This document shows positions 13,670 through 27,736 of a stretch of DNA of 64,000 nt, piece by piece. The notes under the pieces were generated by a model that saw only the letters and a list, made by a program, of their open reading frames with translations, ran no database searches and was not told where the DNA came from. The position numbers were made by a program, and so were the translations under genes. The stretch's first letter is position 1; each line of letters begins with the position of its first letter. The DNA lies in contig OZ024747.1 of NCBI GenBank assembly GCA_964016885.1, positions 91,140,001-91,204,000 of the forward strand. Reading direction: 5' to 3'. The DNA comes from Eledone cirrhosa. Lineage: Eukaryota.

Positions 13670-14455
13670 TATACTTTGTGAAATGTTTTATGGAATTTAT
13701 GCAAGCAGATAGAAAACAAGTCAGTGCGTCTATTTATTATAGAATCTAAATTAGAGATAATGGTAAATTTTTCATTTAGACAGAGATTGCAGATTTTAGA
13801 TAGAGAACTGTTCAAGAAACCTTCTTCCAAAAGATGCTATATTTAATGTTTTTGTCTTTCAAGGACCATATGAGTACTGAGAGAGCCGTGTTGGTTTTTT
13901 TAAGTTTGTATTTAAAAGATGAATGATGGTTATAAAGACGAGCTTTAAAAGAGGTGGAAGTGGAGCCAAAATAGGTGAAGGAATTGGTGTCAGTTATAAC
14001 TTTACATTCGTAAATTAAGTTTTTATCAAGACAATGGTTGTTGAGAGGACATTTATTTTTAATAGGGCAATTGCAATTGCAATTAGAGAGATTATTAATG
14101 AGTGACCTAGTGTTATCTATAGAAGGAATTGGATTGGAGAAGTTGTTTGCGATAGGAATAATAGTTTCTTGATTTAGAGTGGGATTATGAACATTTAGCG
14201 AAGTTGTGTTTGACGTTGTATTTGGGTTTGTAGAAATTAGCCTAGGGTTTACAATGACGTCAGGAGTACTATTATTATGAAATTCAGTGTTGGAAGGAAG
14301 AGATTTAGTATTTAGTATTTTATTGTTGTGTTTAGAGATAATGTTGGAAATGTTGGAGGATGTAGAATAAGAAAATGTTATGGTGTGTTTGTTAAATATT
14401 TTACTATAGATATGTGAGGGAGGGAAGCATTTATTTAAGGCACTAAAGAATAATT
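13670..14455 (-). pseudogene. Penelope linker plus GIY-YIG endonuclease, frameshifted
   Basis: FFSALNKCFPPSHIYSKIFNKHTITFSYS; CNC..CPL..CL; LIYECKV..YFGST..FKARLYNH. Confidence 0.9.
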
Positions 14456-14849
14456 TATCATCTAACTCATTATTCTCAATACATATTAACTCCTCTTTCT
14501 TCGCACATATTTTTCTCTTTTTCTCTTCGTTAATTTTCAAATTCTTTTAATTTATACATTATCTTCCAACGGCTTTCAACCTCTCTATGTAAAACAATAT
14601 ATCTTTCTCAGATAAAAACTATCTCTCTCTCTCTATCACCCATCTCTCCTCCTATCTCATCCTTCCTCACTATACTCCTCCCTCTCCACCTTCACTCTCA
14701 TCTCCTCCTTTTTTTCATCCTTTCCACCCCACCCTCTAAATAAAATATTTTCCCCAATGTCACACATCAATCTAAAACTACTTCTCATATGTTGATTTAA
14801 AACTGAACTATCCACAAGTGTTTTTTAGCCTTCATCTCATGTCCTCCTG

Positions 14850-14916
14850 TTTTATCTGATGAAAACACAAATATTATTGCATGATGATATTTGTTTTTGA
14901 AATGCGCATAATAAAA
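14850..14916 (+). ncRNA. Type I hammerhead ribozyme (Penelope pLTR)
   Basis: ttttat CTGATGA aaacacaaatattatt-gcat-gatgatatttgttttt GAAA tgcgca TA ataaaa. Stems I and II pair; stem III is a palindrome. Confidence 0.85.
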
Positions 14917-15042
14917 TACATGGAACTCCTTTAATCATCTTTTGTTCTTATATATTATGTATACTCCAGTCCCACAAACTGTAGAGTGCTTCTTATCCGA
15001 TATCTGCATTGCTTTATTGTACTACAATAAAACTCACCTCCT

Positions 15043-15100
<58 letters not shown>

Positions 15101-15122
15101 GAAAATATACATACATATATAT

Positions 15123-15490
15123 ATGAATGTATGTATAGTATATTTGGCAATATACCGTATGTTTAATTAAAAACATTTTGAAGACCTTGCGCTATCAATT
15201 TTAAAGTAGTGACTATGTCACTTACTTCTTTTTTCGGCAAAAGAAGGGAGAGAAGCTGACAGATTGTGTTTCACGCTGTTGGCGATCCTCAGAGCATTGT
15301 ACTTCCCGCCTTTCCCGAAAATTATAGAGGCTGGATTCTTATAGAATTCTAGTAATAATCAGGAACTGATTGTACAGAGCGATTGCCGGTCCAGCAAAAC
15401 TTAAAAATTAGGATTGGTGCTCTGAAATAGCGATGTATACATGAATGTATGTATAGTATATTTGGCAATATACCGTATGTTTAATTAAAA
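15123..15490 (-). mobile_element. Retrozyme-like 318-bp unit with a 50-bp terminal redundancy
   Basis: 15123-15172 is identical to 15441-15490. Contains an HHR; flanked by (TA)n. Confidence 0.6.
15255..15295 (-). ncRNA. Type I hammerhead ribozyme
   Basis: gct CTGAGGA tcgc-caaca-gcgt GAAA ca-caatc-tg TC agc. Confidence 0.7.
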
Positions 15491-15499
15491 GAATTTTGA

Positions 15500-16095
<596 letters not shown>

Positions 16096-16639
16096 AACGT
16101 GTGTGTATGTTTTCATTTTTGTGTGTGCCCATGCGCGCGTGTATATAAATAAACAGAGCTTACATAGAAGAAACCGAAGCGAAGGTCAAGTGATCTCACC
16201 TTCTAGTTGCTCTGTAGCCACTGGAATCTTTCCAATGTTTAGTGCATAGTAAATAGCTCGTATAAAGCAATCAGAATTATTCCTACATTTAACTCCAGAC
16301 TTTGAACTCATGACATGCGACAAAGTTCAGACGAGGAAAACAAAATCCTAGGCCAATCCCTTTGTAACATTTTCCAATTAACCTGCATAATTATTCATAC
16401 GTTCCCAAAACACGAGTGAATGAGAAATATAGAAAAACTGAGCGGAAAGAAAATATGAGAGCGGGGAAAATAAAAGATTTGTGGTGTGTGAGAGTAAATG
16501 AAAGAAAGACAGGAGTTTATTAAAGGCTGAGAATATTTAATAGAATCAGATCTAAAGAACACACCATTGCAGCTATTTCTTTTATAGAATGGTTTTGGCT
16601 GTAATAATGTTTTATAAGGTAGCATAGGAGAGTAGGCAT

Positions 16640-16805
16640 GGGAGAGAGAGGGAGAGAGAAAGAGGGGAAGTAAAAAGAGAGGGAAAGAAAGAGAGAGGGG
16701 TAGAGAAAGAGAGAGAGAGACAGAGATAGGGAAAGAGAAAGGGAGAGAGAGAGAGAAAGAGGGAGAGAAAGAGAAAGAGAAAGGGAAAGAGAAAGAGAGG
16801 GAGAG

Positions 16806-16851
<46 letters not shown>

Positions 16852-17057
16852 GAAGTAAAGGGATAGAGAGAAAAAGAGAGAGGGAGAGCGAGAGGGAGAG
16901 AGATAGAGAGAAAAAGAGATAGATAAATAGAGAGAGAGAGACCGAGAGAGAGAGAAAGAGACTGAGAGACAAAGAGAGAGAGTAAGAGAGAGAGAGAGAG
17001 AGAGGGAAAGAGAGAGAGGGTGAGAGAGAGAGATAGATAGATAGAGAGAGAGAGATA

Positions 17058-17131
<74 letters not shown>

Positions 17132-17135
17132 GAAG
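16640..17135. repeat. (GA)n polypurine tract
   Basis: Read directly. Confidence 0.95.
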
Positions 17136-17324
17136 AGGAAGATAAGGAGGGAGTATAAGACAGCGTTGGAAAGCTAAAAAGACAACATAAGTTCATTTCT
17201 TTTAATGGAAAAGTCAATATGATAAATTCAATATTATTTTTTGAAACAAACATGGACAACCATTGAATTACCGACATTTTTACTGAATAGCGAACAGATT
17301 AACCTATTGTTTTTTATTGTTAAC

Positions 17325-17527
17325 GTTGTTGTTGTGGTTGTTGTCGGGCTACTGCTGCTGCTGCTGCAGCGGCTTTTGTTAGCGATTTTTTCTTACTGTC
17401 AGTTGTCGTTTTTGTTGTTGTTATTGTTGTTGTTGTTATCATCATCATCGTCATCATCGCCGTCATCATCATGATCATCATCGTCATCATGATCATCACG
17501 ATCGTCATCATCTTCATCATCAGGGTC

Positions 17528-17574
<47 letters not shown>

Positions 17575-18200
17575 TATCATCGTCTTCATAATCATCATCA
17601 TCATGGTCACCATCATTATTGTCATCATCATCATCGACATAATCGTGATGACCACCACCATCATCACCATCATCACCACCATCACCATCATCATCATCAT
17701 CATCATCATCACCACCATCACCATCATCATCATCATCATCATCATCACCATCACCATCATCACCACCGTCATCACCATCACCATCACCATCACCACCACC
17801 ATCACCATCACCATCATCATCATCACCATCACCATCATCACCACCGTCATCACCATCACCATCACCATCACCACCACCATCACCATCATCATCATCACCA
17901 TCACCACCATCATCACCACCGTCATCACCATCACCATCACCATCACCACCACCGTCACCATCATCATCACCATCACCATCACCATCATCATCATCATCAC
18001 CACCATCACCATCACCATCATCACCACCATCACCATCATCATCATCATCATCACCATCACCATCACCAGCACCATCACCATCACCACCACCACCACCATC
18101 ACCATCATCATCATCGCCATCACCATCATCATCATCACCACCACCATCACCACTATCACCATCATCATCATCATCATCACCACCATCATCATCATCATGA
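17325..18200. repeat. (GTT)n followed by a long (CAT/CAC)n trinucleotide array
   Basis: Read directly. Confidence 0.95.
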
Positions 18201-18518
18201 TGATATTTAGTTTTGGTCCTTTATTTTTGTATTATTTTTATGTTCCATATTTTGCTACCTTTGTTATTACCAAGGCGAGTTCTTTTTTATTTTCTATAAT
18301 ATCCAGAGTTTTGGGTTCTATTTGTATTGTTCTAGTTATCACGTTGTTGTTGTTGTTGTAGCTGGTGTTGCTGTTGTTGTTGTTGTTGTAGTTGTTGTTG
18401 TTGTTGTTGCTGTCACTCTTGCTCTTTTCGCCACAAGTTTTCTATTGTTTTATTATATTGCCATTTCTACTGACTTGAATATATATATATATTGGATTTT
18501 AGTTTATTATTACTATAA

Positions 18519-18519
<1 letters not shown>

Positions 18520-18617
<98 letters not shown>

Positions 18618-18628
18618 GATATATATAC

Positions 18629-18674
<46 letters not shown>

Positions 18675-18675
18675 G

Positions 18676-18730
<55 letters not shown>

Positions 18731-18851
18731 ATATATATATGTATATATATATACATATATACATATATATATATATATATGTATATACAGTTTTATAACT
18801 AGTATTGTTGATAGTTTTGTTTTGTTTAGGGTTTTTTGCTAGTGTCACGTT

Positions 18852-18892
<41 letters not shown>

Positions 18893-19184
18893 AGTAGTAA
18901 TGGTAGTAGTAGTAGTAGCAGTAGTAGTAGTAGTAGTAGTAGTAGTAGCAGTAGTAATAGTAGCAGTAGTAGTAGTGATATTAGCAGTTAGTAGTAGTGG
19001 TAGTGGTGGTGGTGGTTGCTGTGGTAGTAGTAGCAGCAGCAGCAGCAGCAGTAGTAATAGTAACAGTAGTAGTAATAGTACTGCTACAACTTCTAGTAGT
19101 AGTAGTAGTAGTTGTGGTAGTAGTAGTAGCAGTAGCAGCAGTAGCAGCAGCAGAGTAATAGTAGTAGTAGTAGTAGTAGTAGCT

Positions 19185-19248
<64 letters not shown>

Positions 19249-19283
19249 CAGTGGTGGTGGTAGTAGTAGTAGCAGTGGTGCTG

Positions 19284-19335
<52 letters not shown>

Positions 19336-19345
19336 CAGCAGCAGC

Positions 19346-19394
<49 letters not shown>

Positions 19395-19395
19395 T
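18520..19395. repeat. (TA)n followed by (TAG/CAG)n arrays
   Basis: Read directly. Confidence 0.95.
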
Positions 19396-19649
19396 TTGTT
19401 GTAGCTATTGTTGTTGAGTAACGAAGTAATTTTCTTTTGCCCACCTTTCAGCTAAGACGAGGTGTGATAGGTTTAGGCTGGTTCAGTACAAGTCCAGCTA
19501 TAATCACTTGATACGTTTTTGTTTTCATTTTATTCTCCTTTAACCTTATTTGTTTATTGCCATTCCTAGATTCCATTCATAGATTACTTCCTAATTTCAC
19601 AAAGTAACCTCTAACATATGTTTCAGCAAATAATTGACTGAAGTGTGTT

Positions 19650-20155
19650 GTCATGTGTTGGACCTCCGTCAGTTCGGGTGACGAGTGTTCCAATTGCTGG
19701 AAACCACGTATCAGGTAGTTCGAGGAATCTACACATGAGTGACTGAGTCTCCCATAGAATTATACATCATTAGCGTAGTTCCCCGGGAGATTAAAAGTAA
19801 CACAGTGTAAGACAAACTGGCCTTTTGAATTACAGGTAAATCTTTTTTGCCAGCTGAGTAGAATGTAGCAATTTGAAAATAAAGTGTCTTGCTCAAGGAC
19901 AGTGGCATTGGTAGAAAATAAAGTGTCTTGCTCAAGGACAGTGGCATTGGTAGAAAATAAAGTGTCTTGCTCAAGGACAGTAGAATGAGTAGAAAATAGT
20001 GTCTTGCTCAAGGACAGTAGAATGAATAGAAAATAAAGTGTCTTGCTCAAGGACAGTAGAGTGTAACAATTTGAACATAAATTGTCTTGCTCAAGGACAA
20101 AACGTGCCGCTGGAAATCATACTCGTGGCCTTAGGATGGTGAGTAAAAACCCAGT
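19650..20155 (-). mobile_element. Family B-like SINE with an internal 39-bp unit amplified about 6 times (19876-20100)
   Basis: AAAATAAAGTGTCTTGCTCAAGGACAG is repeated; this is the reverse complement of the SINE B motif TGTCCTTGAGCAAGACACTTTATTT. Confidence 0.7.
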
Positions 20156-20635
20156 TGCCTTGAGAACTGACTAAAGTGTTATTGTAGACATTAACAACAA
20201 AGCTTTGGCTTCAATTTTATCTAAACAGGTTTTGTCACACTGTTCCCAAGGTGCTCATTTTTTTCTCCACAATTATACAGCACTAGAATTTAAACAAAAA
20301 AAGGTGGAAATATCTTCCAGTAACTGTTATTTTCAAATTGCATATGAAATTCATGACAACTTGTCTTACATTAAAATCCGAAAAAAAAAAAAAAAGAAAA
20401 TAATAATAATCGAATATAAAAAAAGCACATTTTTTCTCCATCAGGCGCAAAGACACTCTACGAAATATCTGTAATTCTGTCGACATCTCATGGAATAAAA
20501 ATACATTTCTAAGGCGGTCGTTTTCTTTAACATTTATCACAGAGATCGATAGTGCTGAATAATTCACGTGAACGAATTCATTTGTTTTATTGTACTTCCA
20601 TTACCGTTTTTTATGGAATAAGTTCACACACACAA

Positions 20636-20688
<53 letters not shown>

Positions 20689-20689
20689 C

Positions 20690-20723
<34 letters not shown>

Positions 20724-20908
20724 GTATATATATGTATGTGTGTATATATGTATATATGTGTGTGTATATAGATCATATATATACATACATACACATACAT
20801 AAATAGAGACGTACCCACATACATATGTATTATACATATATATTATACACACATACAGATATATGTATTATATATATATTATACACACACACACACACAC
20901 TCACACAA

Positions 20909-20940
<32 letters not shown>

Positions 20941-21079
20941 TTAAAAGTTAAACAAGGTTCAATGAATAAATCAAAGAATGGGTTTTACAATAGATTGGAA
21001 GCACTCAACATTATGGTTTTCCAGAGTTATTAATATTAATTCTAAATATTAACAAAATAGATATTCTTGTGATCAAGTG

Positions 21080-21146
21080 TATTTTATTATACATATTTCA
21101 GAGGTACTGAGTTAAGTTCAACAGTACGTCCTCGTCAGATAAAATA
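21080..21146 (-). ncRNA. Type I hammerhead ribozyme
   Basis: tattttat CTGACGA gga-c-gtactg[12 nt]cagtac-c-tct GAAA tatgta TA ataaaata; 8-bp stem I. Confidence 0.85.
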
Positions 21147-21481
21147 AGATGATGCATGACATACCCCGACATAGTAGCACCACTTTGAATAACAGATATA
21201 CACATATACACATATACACATATACACATATACACATATAGAAAGTTACACATATGAACAATATCAGAGTGTCACACACATCTACAAACACACATGTACA
21301 CATATATATTTATAGAAACTAATACGGTAGATAATGAAAAAGAGGGTGAAAAAGAAGAAACTGTTTCTTTCATTTGACTTTCTACTTTAATAAGCAAAAT
21401 ATACAACGGATGAATTATAAATCATATTTTATCTTTTTTTCTTCCTAGTCACCAAATTTTGAAATATGATATGATTGTAAT

Positions 21482-21830
21482 AATTGTTTCTACTTTTGGC
21501 ACAAGGCCAGCAATCACCCAGTGTATTACTGGTACTTTATTTTATCGGCTCCGTACAGATGAAAAGCAAAGCTAACCTAGGTGGGATTTGAACTCAGACC
21601 GTAAAGGACCGTAACTCTATGCTCCAAAGCATGGCGTCCGACTCCCTACCGATACTGCCAAAATAATAATAATAATAATAATTGTTTCTACTTTTGGCAC
21701 AAGGCCAGCAATTACCCCAGTGTATTACTGGTACTTTATTTTATCGACCCAGTACGGATGAAAGGCAAAGTTAACCTCGGCGGGATTTGAACTCAGAATG
21801 GCAAGGGCCGTAACTCTGTTAGATACTGCC
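21482..21830 (-). mobile_element. Two tandem SINE family A copies
   Basis: 21482-21660 and 21680-21830, separated by (AAT)n. Confidence 0.85.
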
Positions 21831-22109
21831 AGATTGTAATAATAAGGACAGTGATGATGGTGATGACTTTGGTGAGGATGGAGATAATGATGAGGACGAT
21901 GACGAGGACGTGATGATGTTGATGACGATAATTATGAGGATAATGATGATGATGATTATGATGACGACAATAATGATGATGACGGTGATGATAAAGAAAA
22001 TAAAAACGCCGTGGGTGATGACACGAAATCAACATTGTTAACAGTCGTTTAATTGCAGTCGGTTAATTCTTCTTTGTTGTCTTTATCTTGGTTATTACTG
22101 GTTTCACTA

Positions 22110-22495
22110 CAAACACCACCACCACCACCCCCACTGCCACCACTGCCACTACCACCACCACCACCACCACCACTGCCACTACCACCACCACCACCACCAC
22201 TACTACCCCCCTCCCCCCACTACCACCACCACAACCACAACCACAGACACCACTGCCACCACCACCAACACCACTGCCACCACCACCACAAACACCACTG
22301 CCACCACCACAACCACAAACACCACCAACTCCACCACTACTGCCACTACCATCAACACCACTGCCACTGCCACTGCCACTGCATGAGGTGGGTGAGTGGG
22401 GTGAGGTGAGTGAGGTGGGTGAGTGGGATGAGGTGGCTGAGGTGGGTGAGCGGGTGAGGTGGGTGAGGTGGGTGAAGTCGGTGGGGGTGGGTAGG
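22110..22495. repeat. (CAC)n and (GGTGA/GGGT)n low-complexity tracts
   Basis: Read directly. Confidence 0.9.
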
Positions 22496-22910
22496 CATAT
22501 AGCTGCCTAGAAGGATGTATAGTCAGTGTTCGTGTTGTTATTTGTGTGTGTGTGTTGGAGTGCTGTATATTTTGTTTGCCATGGCATGTGTGCATATGAG
22601 TGTATTTTCTGTGTGTGTGTTTGTGTATGTGTATGTGTGTTTATGTGTAAGTGTGTGTTTGTGTGCTTGTGGATGTTTGTGTATGTGCGCGTGTGCGTGT
22701 GTGTGTGTGTGAACATGGGTGTATTTGCGTGTGTGTGTGTGTGTGTTTCTGTATGTGTGTGTGTATTTGTGTGTGTGGAGATATATTGATACACAAACTC
22801 ATTGAAGAAAGTTTTAGTGACAATATCGGACATCTTAACATCAACAATTATGTTCAGCAATGCATAATAAAGATATACGTACATTCTACACACACACACA
22901 CACACACCTC

Positions 22911-22951
<41 letters not shown>

Positions 22952-22954
<3 letters not shown>

Positions 22955-23117
22955 CGAAGGAAATGTGGTAAGGAACCAGATGGACCATAACGCACCAGAG
23001 TACTCAATACTTAGGGTAGTAGAGTGGGAAATAGGAAAAAGTATGAGCTCTGCCGTCGGGGTCATATTTTTTCCTAAATATATATATATATATAGGTTCC
23101 TTACCACAGTTCCTTTG

Positions 23118-23120
<3 letters not shown>
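22952..23120 (-). mobile_element. Family H fold-back element
   Basis: Body at 22952-23043, an inverted short arm to 23073, and an inverted terminal fragment at 23094-23120, all within (TA)n. Confidence 0.75.
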
Positions 23121-23164
<44 letters not shown>

Positions 23165-23501
23165 TATGTGTATATATATATATGTATATATAATATATAT
23201 ATGGATATATATATATATAATTCAAGAAAGAAGCGTGACATGGTTCGCTATACTATAAGGGCTTTATTCACATTGCTGACAATTGTTTCTTTGATCTGGC
23301 AGGTCTAGAGTTCGCTTAACGCCTGATTATGCGCGAATCGATCTCCAATATTTTTGTTTATAACCAGTCGTTTATATGTATATATATACATATATATATA
23401 TGTGTATATATATATGTATTTATATATATGTATATATAAATCTATGTATATATATATATGGGTGTATATATACATATGTGTATATATATATATAAATGTG
23501 T

Positions 23502-23542
<41 letters not shown>

Positions 23543-23549
23543 TATAAGG

Positions 23550-23667
<118 letters not shown>

Positions 23668-24729
23668 CGAAAGAACTTTGACAATATATGAACAACCGTC
23701 CGGTTGTGGAACCAACCAACCGGAAATTTTAAATTTTTAAATCTATAATTTAATTTATAATAAATTGGAGTGAAGCAACTGGTGCGTGTGTTTCTTATTG
23801 GCAACATGACCCTCCCAAAGTATAACAATATATATATATACATATATATATTTTCTCTTTGAATACGTTCCTTCCAAAAATAAAAATAAAAAAAGGAACA
23901 CGTACATCTTATAAACTCTCGGCACTCGTTTAACCACACATACAGACACACATATATATATTCAATGAATTACACACATACATACGCATGCCCACATAGG
24001 CATTCAATTTATTCTGAAAACACTTTAAACTGGAGATGGTTAAGTGCACGGAATATAATGAAATAGAAGCTTGAAAAATTAACGTTTTCGAATTTTCGGT
24101 TTTGGCACATATGCTGAAAATTCATTAACTGCTGCTAAATTTAAAGAAGCTAATTCTGATTTTAAGCGCACATCATTGCAGTGGCTCCCTCTGGTAATGC
24201 ACTTATGTGTTTTTCAAGTGAGAGATGGAACTTTATTGCTGCTTTAATTGCTTCTTCTTAGACGTTTCTTGTAACGATATCTTTCATTGTTTCAAAGCAA
24301 AGCATTTTTTTCACTAAAACTACAAACGAAATCAACACCCCTATCTAAAATTTCTAATTGCGAGTTAAACATAATTTGATACATTTTCTTCCAACTTAAA
24401 CTTTTATATCGGTACCAATGTCTTCAGTGAGTCTTGTTACTGATTTCTGAATCAAACCAATCCTTACAAACGTTGTTCTCTAACCGGGTATAAGTGCTAG
24501 TAAGTTTTCCTTTTCAAATTTCCCACTAGAATATGTTTTAGAGTGTTTAATAAGTTTTTTCTTTAACAACATATCTTAAGTGTATAAATAATATCTTCTT
24601 CAGATTTATCATATCCAGAATCATTTCATTTTCAGAAAAGAAATGATTCATTTGTCCAATCATCGTAAGATTTTCCCACATCTTGAAAATTCTTGATTTC
24701 TCTTTTTCTGTGAGTGTTTATTAATAATA

Positions 24730-24890
24730 ATGGTTTCTGATTTAGGCACAAGGCCAACACTTTTTGGGGAGGAGGAAGTCAATTAAATAAACACCAGTGT
24801 ATTACTGGTACTTTATTTTACCGACTCTTTAAGGATGAAAGGCAAAGTTAGCCTCGGCAGAAATTGAACTCAGAACGTAAAAAGACTGAA
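24730..24890 (-). mobile_element. SINE family A
   Basis: Reverse complement of the family A 3' part and core. Confidence 0.8.
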
Positions 24891-25668
24891 AGACTTTTAC
24901 ATGATATGATGGGATATTCCCAAATTGCTCCACGGCTGCTTTTGTCAGTTTATTTATTATCGTGTCTCAATGCTGTGACATGATATACTTTGTTAAAATG
25001 ATGGTAAACCTTACAGTAGAAAATATTTGGTCTAAGTTCTTAGTCTGAGGGTAAGCCATTGGGCCATCTTTCTGTTTGTTTTTGCTTTTGTTTTTCCTTA
25101 GCCCCCAAATGCGATCAAATGAATAAGGGCGACTGGCATTCCTCAACTGGTTAATCCATAAAAATGGCAACATAAATCTACATAACCTTACATTAACATT
25201 TTGTATCATAATCTTTAGATACGACTCTGTTAATTTCAACAATCTCCTTTCTTAGACCAAATATTTTCAAATAAGGAGCTAATGGTGGTGTTAAACCTAA
25301 AATCGTATCAGGTTTACCACCAAAATCGTGGCAGTTGATTAATTCTAATAGTACTATTGAGATAGAGTTTACAAGTAAGGAATCCACTCTGTCGACATCG
25401 CCATCAATTGTACAATATCATTACTATTTATAGCAAAGACTTCTAAGTCTCCTCCATATTATCAATTTACAACTAAGTAGTCTGGACAATTGGCTACCTT
25501 CTCCATGGACACATCAAAAGTCTAGTAACAGGATAAGAACGAACATTCAACTATTAAGTAGTCGTAGAAACAATATATTTAAGACTTGAATGCTTATGTT
25601 AACAATAGTTGAATAAATGTGAAATAAGAAAAGTCTAGGAAGCTGTGATAATTGACTGCATCATATAT

Positions 25669-25736
<68 letters not shown>

Positions 25737-26976
25737 TATATTTATGTATATATATACATATATATATATTTATGTATATATATATATATATCCACACACA
25801 TGCGCATACATATCCACACGTATATACACACTTTACTAACGTGAACATTTTAGAAAATCTCTATATCGAAGAATATTTATATTCTTAAAACATATTTTCA
25901 TGTAAAATATTTCTGGCGAGGACTTGAATATATTTCTCAGATTTCATCCATAGCAACGTCTTGATGTATTTGTCAGTGAGTGTGCGGATATATATGTAGG
26001 CGTGAGTCTGTGTTTGTATGTGTAAAAGTAGCAAGAATTGTCTTTATCGTTAAATTATCGATAGCCGCTTAAAATAAACGTCACGAACTTAAAATAAAGT
26101 CTGATTTAAAAACCGGTTTAACAAGAGATCCAGTGAAATTTATGCGAAACAAAGTCTTTGAAGTTGACAAAAATCTTTAGTTCATACTCTACATCTGCGG
26201 TTACCCTACTTCTCGAATTTATTGGTGAATTTCAAACACAAGAGTGTATTGCGGTGAAAACGAAAAGAAAAGAGTACTTAGTAACTGGGAGAAAGTAGAA
26301 TAAATACACTGAAGGATATTGTTTACACCACCCTCAAAATAGATTCTTGCTAAATTCTTTGATGACCTTCTGTAAATATTTGAATTGCATCTTATAATTT
26401 CTGACGGGGCTTTGATAATAACGTTTTGTTCGATTCATTTGTTAGTTTCCATTTTTATTGAAATATTTCAGCATTGGAGAATACATGTACACGCACACAA
26501 ACAAACAGAAATATATATATATACATGGGTGTGTATATTTTGTTCTTTTTTTATCTTTATATCTTATATGGCTAAACAATTCAATTATATAGAGACGATA
26601 TATCAGAATATTTATTTAATGTAGATGTACTATTAAGATGAATTAGTTTCTTTTCAGAAAGTACAAAATCTAATTTGGAAAAGATAGAGGCTCAAGGCAT
26701 AGATTCTTTAGTACATATGTACATTAAGTTTAAAAGTATGTGGATCTACGTCGGTTTTCAGGATAAGTATTCCTATTTGTCAATCACTGAATTATCTAAG
26801 CAGTGAATTATGAAATGGATATTCCACAGATATTTACTGTAACCAATATACAGAATCAGTGTGACACATTGGGAAACAGGATTGGTATTTGTAATTTCAG
26901 GTGTAATCCATCAGATGGTCTTCCACATTGTTTCCGTTTACACAATTTCACAGAGAAAAAAAAAGTTGCCTTATAT

Positions 26977-27126
26977 CAGTGATTCCCAAAATGCCTCGGG
27001 TTCTGTGAAAAAAAGGTAGGGGAGTATATTTATATTACGACCATTTAACAGTATTAGATTTTGGGCTTCCCCCAAGAGTTTTTGAACCAAAAACGGTTCC
27101 GCGTTTGAAAAAGTTTGGAAACCCTG
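26977..27126. mobile_element. hAT (Charlie-type) MITE
   Basis: TIRs CAGTGATTCCCAAA / TTTGGAAACCCTG; imperfect 8-bp TSD CCTTATAT / CTTTAGAT. Confidence 0.65.
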
Positions 27127-27389
27127 CTTTAGATTCATGCAGTCCTCTCTAAACATGAAACGCGTGACCCCTTCACCGCCAAATAATTTTGTATCAGATA
27201 CAAATAAATACACACGTACACAAACACATGCAGAATGAACATAATTCAATAAAATTGAAATCAGTAAGGGTTTTATATGTACAATGTAAAACAGATACAT
27301 TTTCAAGGGGATTCTGTCCAATTAAATGTCAATATCACATATAATCCCTATGTCACACTATGTTTATATCTGCTTGTCTCTTTGTCTCA

Positions 27390-27439
<50 letters not shown>

Positions 27440-27549
27440 GCGCCGACGGATGTTACTTTATGCTTTGTGTGGTATGGTCGAGTGTAGCTTTATGAATTGT
27501 GTTTGCTTGAGTTCGGGGATAGTGTCGGTTTGGTATACACTTGTTTGCG

Positions 27550-27620
<71 letters not shown>

Positions 27621-27626
27621 ATATAT

Positions 27627-27736
27627 ACAACGGTGCAAGTGTGGTAAGGAACCAGGTGGACCATAACGCCCATAGTACCCGTTCGGATCTAGCTGTCGAA
27701 ACGGCCGGAGCTCAGCCGTCAGGTTCTGACTCTTTT
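27627..27736. mobile_element. Family H fold-back fragment fused to a LINE 5' end
   Basis: Minus-strand body to about 27680, then plus-strand GAAA cggc-cggagctca-gccg TC. Confidence 0.7.

Larger units (their letters stand above)
12571..14955 (-). mobile_element. 5'-truncated Penelope-like element with an inverted pLTR of about 500 bp (arms 12571-13077 and 14456-14955)
   Basis: GIY-YIG coding remnant on the minus strand, long inverted arms, an HHR in each arm, and (TA)n or (CA)n/(TA)n flanks. Confidence 0.9.

Noticed and set aside
24060-25500. Unique-looking stretch that might be exons or a transposase relic (similarly 52340-53160)
   Set aside because: No recognisable domain, many stops, and no confident splice structure.
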